Positions 7,805-15,161 of a DNA stretch of 64,000 nucleotides are shown here, piece by piece. The notes under the pieces are model-generated. The model was given only the letters and a program-made list of their open reading frames with translations, had not been told where the DNA came from and ran no database searches. The DNA is taken from the IMG/VR virus record IMGVR_UViG_3300025715_000001; one strand, 5' to 3'. Position numbers and translations under genes: made by a program. This DNA comes from a virus. The first letter of the stretch is position 1; each line of letters opens with the position of its first letter.

Positions 7805-9238
7805 TTATGTCACGACAAGGGCTAAAAATTCGCGGGACCGGGTAATGGCCACATACAGCGCCCGGTTAAATTCAAACGGATCGCGCATCCGCGCTAAATC
7901 GGTGAAATCCACCAAAGCGCAATCGAACGTGGACCCCTGAGACTTGTGGCAAGTAATGGCGTAGGCGTGGCGCAACGGGGCGAACGCCCGCGCCAATGCC
8001 CAGCCCTGATTAGACGCCTCATGTGCTGCCTCTTTGAGAGCGAAGCGTTCCTTGGAATCGGCGGCGCGCTCCGATTGCGCTTTCAATGCGCGAAATTCCT
8101 CAAAATACCGGGAAATCCGTCGCTGCCAATCGGTCTCATCCTGAACGGCAAAAACCTCATAGTGCTGGCTGGTTTCGCCGCGCAGCACCAGCCATTCCGC
8201 CGCAATCTGAGGGAAAAACGGATGGGACCGGGGCGCCACTTCCATCACGCGCAGTTCTTCTGAGGTGATCAGCCGGTCTGGCTCAGTCATACCTCCCCCT
8301 ACCCGGCGCTGCGCCTCGCATTGTTTATGCACGATCACTTGCTGGCCGACCACAAAGCGGGTCGGCGCGTGCGGATGCAATGTCTGATGAATCTGCTGGT
8401 TGTACCACTGCACCCGATCATTGGTGTACGCGATGATCCGCACATCGCTGTCTGGGACCTCCTCCCGCTGCGACAACCACCAAGCCACAACCGTTGAGGC
8501 CGGCTCCCGCACCAGTGCCGCTTTTGGCCCGGACGCCAAGGGCGGTAATGCGTCCAGCAGCGTCAATGCCGATGCTTTGACGCCGACCTCAATCAACTGC
8601 CGTAACCGCATCGACAATTGGATGATTGGATTCTCGGCGGCCTGGCGCACCACCTCTGCTAGACGCACCACAAAACTGACCTTCGCAAAAACCGGGCTTA
8701 ACGTTTCTTCTCTAACTGGCGGTAACTGCGCCGGATCACCGACAAAGAGCACCTGAGCCGCGCCGCGCTCCATCACGATCTTTTCAAACAGAAACCGGTT
8801 GAGCATGGAGCATTCATCTACCACCACCACGTCATAGTCCCGTAACGTGGATTCCCGGTCGCTGGTGGTTTCCTGCTGGCCGTTCTCCAACTCCCTGAGC
8901 TTCAGCCCCAGCAGCGAATGGATGGACCGGCACACGCAACCGATGCGGGCGCGCGATAACCGGACACCGCTTTCAGGATCGCCGGTCTCCAGTACCGCGA
9001 CGCCCGCTTCAACCAATTTGTCCCGCAATACCCGAACAGCTTTGTTGGTGGGCGCCGCCACGGCAATTTTCAGGTCCATCAAATCGCGCAGCAGCCGGGC
9101 CACCAGAAAGGTTTTGCCGGTGCCCGCGTACCCTTCCAGCACGGCCAGACGCGCTTCGTGGGACCCTTTCAGAAACGGCAGCAACTGGTTATAGGCCAGC
9201 GCCTGGGCCGGGGTCAGTGTCAGCGTCTCAGTCGCCAT
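7805..9238 (-). CDS. RecD/Dda-like SF1 DNA helicase (AAA_30 + UvrD_C-type)
   Basis: Walker A GYAGTGKT, VVVDECSML, and the C-terminal AITCHKSQGSTFD motif. Confidence 0.85.
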   Translation of the reverse strand: MATETLTLTPAQALAYNQLLPFLKGSHEARLAVLEGYAGTGKTFLVARLLRDLMDLKIAVAAPTNKAVRVLRDKLVEAGVAVLETGDPESGVRLSRARIGCVCRSIHSLLGLKLRELENGQQETTSDRESTLRDYDVVVVDECSMLNRFLFEKIVMERGAAQVLFVGDPAQLPPVREETLSPVFAKVSFVVRLAEVVRQAAENPIIQLSMRLRQLIEVGVKASALTLLDALPPLASGPKAALVREPASTVVAWWLSQREEVPDSDVRIIAYTNDRVQWYNQQIHQTLHPHAPTRFVVGQQVIVHKQCEAQRRVGGGMTEPDRLITSEELRVMEVAPRSHPFFPQIAAEWLVLRGETSQHYEVFAVQDETDWQRRISRYFEEFRALKAQSERAADSKERFALKEAAHEASNQGWALARAFAPLRHAYAITCHKSQGSTFDCALVDFTDLARMRDPFEFNRALYVAITRSREFLALVVT

Positions 9239-9499
9239 ACCGGACCCCCTGAGAAGTGTTGCGGCTGCCAACACTGTCTACCAACATGAAACGCCGCTGG
9301 CTGACTGGCAAAACCGAGAAGTGTAGAAGCGTAGACACTATTGATAGTATTTCTCTTATATAGAAAGCTCTCATCCAGAGCGCGATCAGTCGTGTCTGCG
9401 CGTCAACACTTCCGGGAATCGCCTGTTGGCAAGCGGCCTGAAAGTGTAGACAGGGCGCGTCAACAAACGACAACGATTGAGCTACAGTTTGAGCGACCA

Positions 9500-10357
9500 T
9501 CACGCCATCTCCTTCACAAACTGCCGGGCCACATAGACCACGGCCTTGCGCCGGGCGCCGGGCTTGGAGGGGGGCTGCACTTGAGAGATAACACCTTGAT
9601 CCAACAAAAGATTTAAGACTGCTTCGCGCTCTTGATCGGTAGCGTTGCGATAGGGCTTACAAAATTGTTGTAACGTGCGGTGACCGGCTCCGTTTTGTTT
9701 TTGAGTGATGATAAAGTCCAGTAACGATTCTTCTAGGGGTCCGCGCCGGTAACGTCCATGCTGAATCGGTTGGCGGGGTATCGGCGGCTGTTTTTCCAGC
9801 GCCTCAAGCACCGTAAGGTCGTTTATTAGGTCTTGAATCAATGGCTTGCCGCACTGCTGTTCCAGCTTCAGCGCCAGGGGAATCAGCGGCTCTGCCAGCT
9901 TCTGCACCGTCCAGTGCAGGCGAGTCAGGTTCTCCAGGGTGTCGTAATCCACGACCACCTTTCCTTTAAGCAAATCAGCAAGTTGCTGTGCGAGAACGGC
10001 AACATCGAGCGGCTGGGAGGGGGTGCCGGGCAGGCTGTAGCCGCCGGTTTTGCGGATCGAGGGGAGGACTTCTTCAAACAGCCAGGTTTCAAACCGCGCG
10101 GCTTCCGGGAGGGTGCTGCCCGTGATCAGCCGATAGGCGTCCGGTTCGTTGATGACGCGGACTTCTTGAACGCCGCCGGGCGTCTGAAGGGGGTGGTATT
10201 TCGCCGCCCCCTTGCAATGCTGTTTAAGAGCGCGAAGCGAGTCTTGATAACCGAGGACTTCGGCAACATCCTTGCCGACGAACCACGGATTGCCCTCGAT
10301 GTTGAAGGCGCGAACTTCGTGGGAATCAAACGAGAACGGAATGAGACTGCTAGACAT
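9500..10357 (-). CDS. BRO-N domain antirepressor-like protein with a C-terminal domain shared with the primase
   Basis: FSFDSHEVRAF..GNPWFVGKDVAEVLGY is a BRO-N pattern. ATG at 10357 with GGAG 8 nt upstream. The last ~25 aa are identical to the primase C-terminus. Confidence 0.8.
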   Translation of the reverse strand: MSSSLIPFSFDSHEVRAFNIEGNPWFVGKDVAEVLGYQDSLRALKQHCKGAAKYHPLQTPGGVQEVRVINEPDAYRLITGSTLPEAARFETWLFEEVLPSIRKTGGYSLPGTPSQPLDVAVLAQQLADLLKGKVVVDYDTLENLTRLHWTVQKLAEPLIPLALKLEQQCGKPLIQDLINDLTVLEALEKQPPIPRQPIQHGRYRRGPLEESLLDFIITQKQNGAGHRTLQQFCKPYRNATDQEREAVLNLLLDQGVISQVQPPSKPGARRKAVVYVARQFVKEMA

Positions 10358-10421
10358 GATGACAAACTCCAAGTAGGTAAAAATTTTTGGAGTTCGTCGC
10401 TTCCCTTCCTACGGGGATGGC

Positions 10422-10498
10422 GGCGAACGATACGGGGGTAGGAAATGCCGGTCTACTTGGACACCGGCCAACCCGAAGGTTGCCCCGCATCGTTCGCC
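10422..10498 (-). ncRNA. c4-like antisense RNA, copy 1 (77 nt)
   Basis: Minus-strand fold: a 16-bp closing helix, CAACC-UUCG-GGUUG, GCCGGU-GUCCAAGUAG-ACCGGC, and joining strand AUUUCCUA. Loop and joiner are complementary to boxes at 10551-10558/10569-10576 and 10368-10376/10406-10411. The tetraloop and wobbles only make sense on the minus strand. Confidence 0.6.
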
Positions 10499-10518
10499 AT
10501 CGTAAAGTGTACCGACGT

Positions 10519-10543
10519 AAAAAAAGCGCCGGTACGATGGCGC
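10519..10543 (-). terminator. intrinsic-terminator-like hairpin + U7 between primase and c4-like RNA 1
   Basis: Minus strand GCGCC-AUCGUACC-GGCGC followed by UUUUUUU. An alternative hairpin GGCGC-AUCA-GCGCC uses the same 5' arm. Confidence 0.45.
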
Positions 10544-10642
10544 TGATGCGCCAAGTAGATTCAACGGGTTTTCTACGCCCGGCCCCGGCAGTCGCCAAGG
10601 CCAGACCAGAATACGCCCGTGGATTCTGGCGCGCAAGGGGAG

Positions 10643-12949
10643 TCACGCCATCTCCTTCACAAACTGCCGGGCCACATAGACCACGGCCTTGCGCCGGGCG
10701 CCGGGCTTGGAGGTGGGCTGAATCTCGACCACCGCGTCGTCGGCCAGCAACTGCTTGATCAGGGCCTCACGTTTGTCGTCCGGCAAGTTGCGATAGGGCC
10801 GGCAATACTGCTGCAACGACCGGGTCCCCGCGCCCTTGCCTTTTTCCGTTGTGATGAAATCCAACACCCGCTCATACGCCGACAACTTGCCATCCTCGCT
10901 GGACAGCGCCGCGAATCGCGCCAGCAACCGATTCAGCCGCCGCACTTCGCTGTCTACGCCGGCCTGAATCACTGTTGGGGTAATGGCGGGCGCTGCCTGA
11001 TTGAGGCAAAACGCCAGCGCCGTCGCCTCGCGCCGCGCAATCAGCCGCGCGGTCGAGCGCAGCGTTCGCGCCGAACGCTGGATGGGGATTGCCTCCAGCG
11101 CCGCATAGAACGGCTCAATAGCTTGGGGGAAGGTCGCTCTAATTTGGGTCGGTAATTGGCTGGGCAAATTTACTCCGGCCAGATTGCCGGATCCCATGAC
11201 CGCCGTCGCCAGTGCCCGTAGTCCTGCGATCAGCGCCGCCGGGAATGGACCGGTGATGATCTGCTCTGCGGGCGCTTCGGTGAATTCGTCATTATTCAGA
11301 ATCCAGTACTGAATCTGCTCCAGCGCCCCACGGCCTACTTCCGAAAGTTTAAGCGCGGTCGCTAACTGGTCGTGGGACAGGGCCGCCAGCATCGTGAGGT
11401 GAGGCGCCCGAATGAGGTACTGACCGTCGATGCCGGGGTCCTGTAATTTGATGTCGTCCACGTCCATCGTGATCGGTGTGCCGTCCCAAACTTCGCTCAT
11501 CACTGTAAGCACTTGCTCGATAGCGCCCGCCGGCTGGCGTTTGGCGAATTGCAGAATTACGCCCCACTCGCTGCACAGATAGAGCAGGCTGGGCTGGCGC
11601 CACAGCAATTTATACACCTGTTGCGGGCTGGAAAGCCGTTGCTGGCGCACTGTTTTCTCCAGCCCCAACTGCTCCATGAGTTCGCGCACCACGGTCAGGT
11701 ACGGTCTGATTTCGCCCGTACTAGACGCCGCCAGCGCCAGATACAGCCCGGTGGGATCGCCCGACTGGCTAACGACCTGCCGGCCCGTCAGGTGCGCCAT
11801 GACCGCTTTAGCGGCCACCTGAGCGGCCAGAGGGCAGCGCATCGGCACTCTGGACAAAATCTCTTGTTCCAACTGCGCGAACAGGGGCACCAGCAACGGT
11901 GCAAGCGGCGCTTCGCCGGTTTCATCCACCTGATAGTTCGGTCTCTGTCCGTTGGCGCGCTGAAGTTCATCGGCAAAGCGGTCATGGGGATCCAGTGCTT
12001 TGAGCGTCTCCCAGGTTAACCCGCCCAGCCACGTTTCCGCATCGCCCTCCGCCTCGGTCCAGTCGGCCACATCCCAGCCCGTCGGCAACGTCGCGGGCAA
12101 CACCGCACACTGAAGCTCTGCCGCCCGTGCCATCAGCGCCTGGGCCACCTTGGTCATCGCCTTGAGGCCCGGCGCATCCGCATCCGGCAACAGCCACACG
12201 CTGCGCCCGGTCAGTGGCATCCAGTCGGCATGATCGGCGCTGCCCGCCCCGCCCGGCCACGTGATGACCACAAAATCAGCGAACAGCCGTTGTGCCGCGA
12301 CGGCGGTTTTTTCACCTTCGACCACCAGGACCGGCGCCGCTGGGCGCTGGGTTAAGGCGGGCTGGTTGTACAGCGGGCGCGGTTTAGGCCAGGTTTTGTT
12401 TTGCCAGCCCGAAACCTGCCAGTAGGTCAACGGGTAAAAATCCTTTTTGCCGCCCGGCTGATCCACGCGCCGCACATAGCCCAGCAGCCGGCCCTGCTGA
12501 TCCAGATAGCTCCAGACAGGTTGCCCCGCGTGCAGCGGGGGCGGCGGCGCGTCTTCTGGTATCGGCATCACGCAGACCTCATCCGGCGTTACGTGGATTC
12601 GGTCGCGCGCCTTAGCCAGGAACGGCGCGATGGCCGGGTCCACGCCCGCGCCGGCAAAACCGTTCAGGCCCAGTTGGCGCTCAATGTCGCCGGCGGCTTC
12701 GCCTTGGCTGAGGTTCTGCACATACGCCCACAAGCTAATCAAATCGCCGCCGGCGTCGCCGGTAGCGAAATCCGCCCACTTGCCGGTCAGGATATTGATG
12801 CGGAAATTACCGGGGGTCCGGTCGGCGCGAGTCGGATTGAGTACGTCATACTCGGCCCCGTGCAGCCGCCCGCCCGGCAACCAGGCCAGCAGCAGCCCTG
12901 GACAAGCCTGGAGCGCAGCCCGCGCAATGGCTGGAAAGTCGGCGCTCAT
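10643..12949 (-). CDS. bifunctional primase / DUF3987-type helicase-like replication protein
   Basis: 768 aa. Toprim-like VLVVEGEKTA...LLPDADAPG, a long DUF3987-like middle, and a C-terminal winged-helix-like tail. Confidence 0.8.
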   Translation of the reverse strand: MSADFPAIARAALQACPGLLLAWLPGGRLHGAEYDVLNPTRADRTPGNFRINILTGKWADFATGDAGGDLISLWAYVQNLSQGEAAGDIERQLGLNGFAGAGVDPAIAPFLAKARDRIHVTPDEVCVMPIPEDAPPPPLHAGQPVWSYLDQQGRLLGYVRRVDQPGGKKDFYPLTYWQVSGWQNKTWPKPRPLYNQPALTQRPAAPVLVVEGEKTAVAAQRLFADFVVITWPGGAGSADHADWMPLTGRSVWLLPDADAPGLKAMTKVAQALMARAAELQCAVLPATLPTGWDVADWTEAEGDAETWLGGLTWETLKALDPHDRFADELQRANGQRPNYQVDETGEAPLAPLLVPLFAQLEQEILSRVPMRCPLAAQVAAKAVMAHLTGRQVVSQSGDPTGLYLALAASSTGEIRPYLTVVRELMEQLGLEKTVRQQRLSSPQQVYKLLWRQPSLLYLCSEWGVILQFAKRQPAGAIEQVLTVMSEVWDGTPITMDVDDIKLQDPGIDGQYLIRAPHLTMLAALSHDQLATALKLSEVGRGALEQIQYWILNNDEFTEAPAEQIITGPFPAALIAGLRALATAVMGSGNLAGVNLPSQLPTQIRATFPQAIEPFYAALEAIPIQRSARTLRSTARLIARREATALAFCLNQAAPAITPTVIQAGVDSEVRRLNRLLARFAALSSEDGKLSAYERVLDFITTEKGKGAGTRSLQQYCRPYRNLPDDKREALIKQLLADDAVVEIQPTSKPGARRKAVVYVARQFVKEMA

Positions 12950-13029
12950 GCGGCACGCCCTCGCTGGGATACAGACGGGTCGCCGCCAGAAACCGCGCAG
13001 CGCGATAAAAAAAGAGAAACGACGGTCAC
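12946..13029 (-). CDS. 27-codon leader ORF translationally coupled to the primase
   Basis: GTG start preceded by AGGAGTCTGTC. Sequence MTVVSLFLSRCAVSGGDPSVSQRGRAA. Its TGA overlaps the primase ATG. Confidence 0.3.
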   Translation of the reverse strand: MTVVSLFLSRCAVSGGDPSVSQRGRAA

Positions 13030-13081
13030 GACAGACTCCTAGCTGTGGAGCCTGCCGAATCGTTTGTGATGAGGAAAAGGT

Positions 13082-13834
13082 TCATGACAACCATTCCTTG
13101 ATCCATTCCTTGACCGCATCTGCTCCCCATTCTTGAGCAGTCGCGTTCAGATACTCCATAAAATCTCGTTTTTCCGCTTCCATGCGACGAGATTTTGCTT
13201 CCTGTTCCTTGCGTTGTTTGTCGGCTGCCGCCTCGGCCAGCTTGCGCGCTTTTTCGGATTCTTCTGCTTGTTTTTGGGCATCCAGCCAAGCGAAAAAAGC
13301 GTTTCGGTTTTCGTCACCGGCTTGTTTCGGCGTGATGGATAGCCCGGTTTCTTTGCAAAAGGCCGACCACCAGTTGTAAATGGTTTTAGCTGGCGTATTA
13401 CTGGTTTTTGCCAAATCATCAACCCAATTGCCATTAATTTCATTCTTGCCATTGGCAAAAACATCTGTTTGGCAATTTTCTGATAACTTGGCAATCAACC
13501 GCCCCACTTCCGCCGCGAACGCTTTCCGTTCCGCGCCGGTCAGATCGTTGCGGATGCGGTTTTCTTGAAGTTCAGCCAGCAGGCATTCATCGTCACTGGT
13601 ATCTTCCGGGAAAATGCGCGCCTGAATTTCAGGCCAACCCAGCGCCTTGACCGCTTCTAAACGGTGTGCTCCAAACACGAGCCGATATCCGGCTTTCGTT
13701 TGTTTGACGCCGATGTTTTGCAGCAACCCTTGTTGCTCGATGGATTTTTGCAGGTCAGCCACCACCACAAAATCAATCGGGCGCTTGCGACTTTCAACAA
13801 TAATTTTGGAAAGAGAAATTTTTTCTGAAATCAT
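13082..13834 (-). CDS. ParB-like nuclease (ParB/Srx N-terminal) domain protein
   Basis: GLLQNIGV....YRLVFGAHRLEAVKALGW pattern. Confidence 0.7.
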   Translation of the reverse strand: MISEKISLSKIIVESRKRPIDFVVVADLQKSIEQQGLLQNIGVKQTKAGYRLVFGAHRLEAVKALGWPEIQARIFPEDTSDDECLLAELQENRIRNDLTGAERKAFAAEVGRLIAKLSENCQTDVFANGKNEINGNWVDDLAKTSNTPAKTIYNWWSAFCKETGLSITPKQAGDENRNAFFAWLDAQKQAEESEKARKLAEAAADKQRKEQEAKSRRMEAEKRDFMEYLNATAQEWGADAVKEWIKEWLS

Positions 13835-14304
13835 TACAGCAACTCCCGATTTGCGGCACGGAAAAAGGATTCAAAATCAGCAAAAACCGTTAGAAGAGCG
13901 TCTTGTTGTTGCAAACACCACTCCACTGAACAGCGTTTTGCGCCTTTCCCGATCAGCAAAAGAATTGCTGGAAGCCCAATTTTTCGCAGACAGGCGATAG
14001 TATAGGGGAATTTCTCATCAGCAGACCCGGACGTTTCTTGGTATTTGCATTCAATGATGAGGCCGTCAGGATACTTGACCGAGTTCCAAACATAGAAATC
14101 AACCCGCATCGGCAACCCGTAGATACTCAAGAAATCGCCGCGATGCTGGTAAATAAAAAACGGCTGATCGCGTTCTTCAGGAATCGCGGCGACCTGAATA
14201 TATCCTTTTGATTTTAGGCGCTGAATAATTTGCTCCTCAAACGCCCTGCCGTTTTGATTGGCCTGGCGGCCTTGCTACTGAATCAATTTCGCCAAAGCGT
14301 TCAT
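13834..14304 (-). pseudogene. PD-(D/E)XK restriction-endonuclease-like ORF interrupted by an in-frame TAG at codon 10
   Basis: The ATG at 14304 overlaps the Dam stop. TAG lies at 14277-14275. The same frame continues QGRQANQNGRAFEEQIIQRLKSKGY...MRVDFYVW...LIIECKYQ (D...ExK). The track only reports the TTG-initiated 13834..14130 remainder. Confidence 0.55.
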
Positions 14305-14900
14305 GTCCGCCACCCCATTGTTTTGCTGATGCACCAGCCAAACCGGGAAAACTCGACGACAAACGCTTCAGCGCGGGATTCCGATCCAAAATAGAAAAAG
14401 GTCTGTCCGCGAGTGTTTCCGCTGACTCGCTTGCCATCGGTGGCTTCAAATGAGATGCGATGGTGGGTAAAACAGACGGCGGTGCTGCGTTCGCGTAAAG
14501 CGCGGAACCATTGAGTGTCAGTAGCGTTATTGACTAAAATAACCGCCTGTTCAATATGCCCGGCGCTCAAATTCTCAAGAAACGTCTCAATTGCGCGGGT
14601 AATCAATCCAGAAGAATAAGGGGGGTTCATCCAGACCCGAACGCCGTTGGGGTATTTGCGCTTATCCTTGCGCCACGCATTAACGAATGCTGACCGATCT
14701 TCAGTCAAAATTCGGGTAGCGCGGATGGTCTCATTAGCTTTTTCGGAAGAGAAAGGATCGAGATCAATGCCGTCCATCACAGCGCGGGCGGCTTCGACAT
14801 AAGAAATGGGGGTATACCACGAATCCGCATCGCGGTCGGGAAGAGTGGCGCCAGGCTTGCGACCAATATAGCCAAGCCGATTAACATCAGCGATTAACAT
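14301..14900 (-). CDS. phage Dam-family DNA N6-adenine methyltransferase
   Basis: DSWYTP... and the catalytic WMNPPYS motif. ATG at 14900 with GGAG 8 nt upstream. The longer track ORF start lies inside the structured RNA. Confidence 0.85.
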   Translation of the reverse strand: MLIADVNRLGYIGRKPGATLPDRDADSWYTPISYVEAARAVMDGIDLDPFSSEKANETIRATRILTEDRSAFVNAWRKDKRKYPNGVRVWMNPPYSSGLITRAIETFLENLSAGHIEQAVILVNNATDTQWFRALRERSTAVCFTHHRISFEATDGKRVSGNTRGQTFFYFGSESRAEAFVVEFSRFGWCISKTMGWRT

Positions 14901-14953
14901 GACAGACTCCTTGCAAAATTGGAGTCCGCCACTTCGTTTTCCACGACGAGGGT

Positions 14954-15031
14954 GGCGGACGGTACGGGGCTGTGGAAAAGCCGGTCTGCAAGGACACCGG
15001 CCAGCCTTACGGCTACCCCGCGCCATCCGCC
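14954..15031 (-). ncRNA. c4-like antisense RNA, copy 2 (78 nt)
   Basis: Same architecture as copy 1 with compensatory changes: UAGCC-GUAA-GGCUG, GCCGGU-GUCCUUGCAG-ACCGGC, joiner UUUUCCACAG. Matching boxes lie at 15082-15089/15099-15105 and 14908-14915/14937-14944. Confidence 0.6.
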
Positions 15032-15051
15032 ATTGAGGGAGAATCGGCCAT

Positions 15052-15075
15052 AAAAAAAGCGCCGATTCAAGGCGC
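15052..15075 (-). terminator. intrinsic-terminator-like hairpin + U7 upstream of c4-like RNA 2
   Basis: Minus strand GCGCC-UUGAAUC-GGCGC + UUUUUUU. Alternative hairpin GGCGC-GCA-GCGCC. Confidence 0.45.
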
Positions 15076-15161
15076 TGCGCGCCTTGCAGTTCGACCGGTT
15101 TCCACGCCGGGTTGCCGCTGCTGCGACAACGGTTAAAGCATACCCCGATACCGCGCGCTTT

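Noticed and set aside
9228-9503. 91-aa minus-strand ORF between the bro and helicase genes
   Set aside because: The region is dominated by short repeated boxes and an AT-rich core, and there is no SD. It is treated as a regulatory or origin region.
10422-10498. The 77-nt structured RNA as a tRNA or tRNA-like gene
   Set aside because: There is no cloverleaf and no T-loop GTTCGA-type sequence or anticodon arm. The fold is a long helix plus two hairpins.
14275-14277. Genome-wide TAG recoding as an explanation for the in-frame amber codon
   Set aside because: At least two well-supported genes terminate at TAG (endolysin at 312-314, helicase at 31680-31682), so TAG is a normal stop here.
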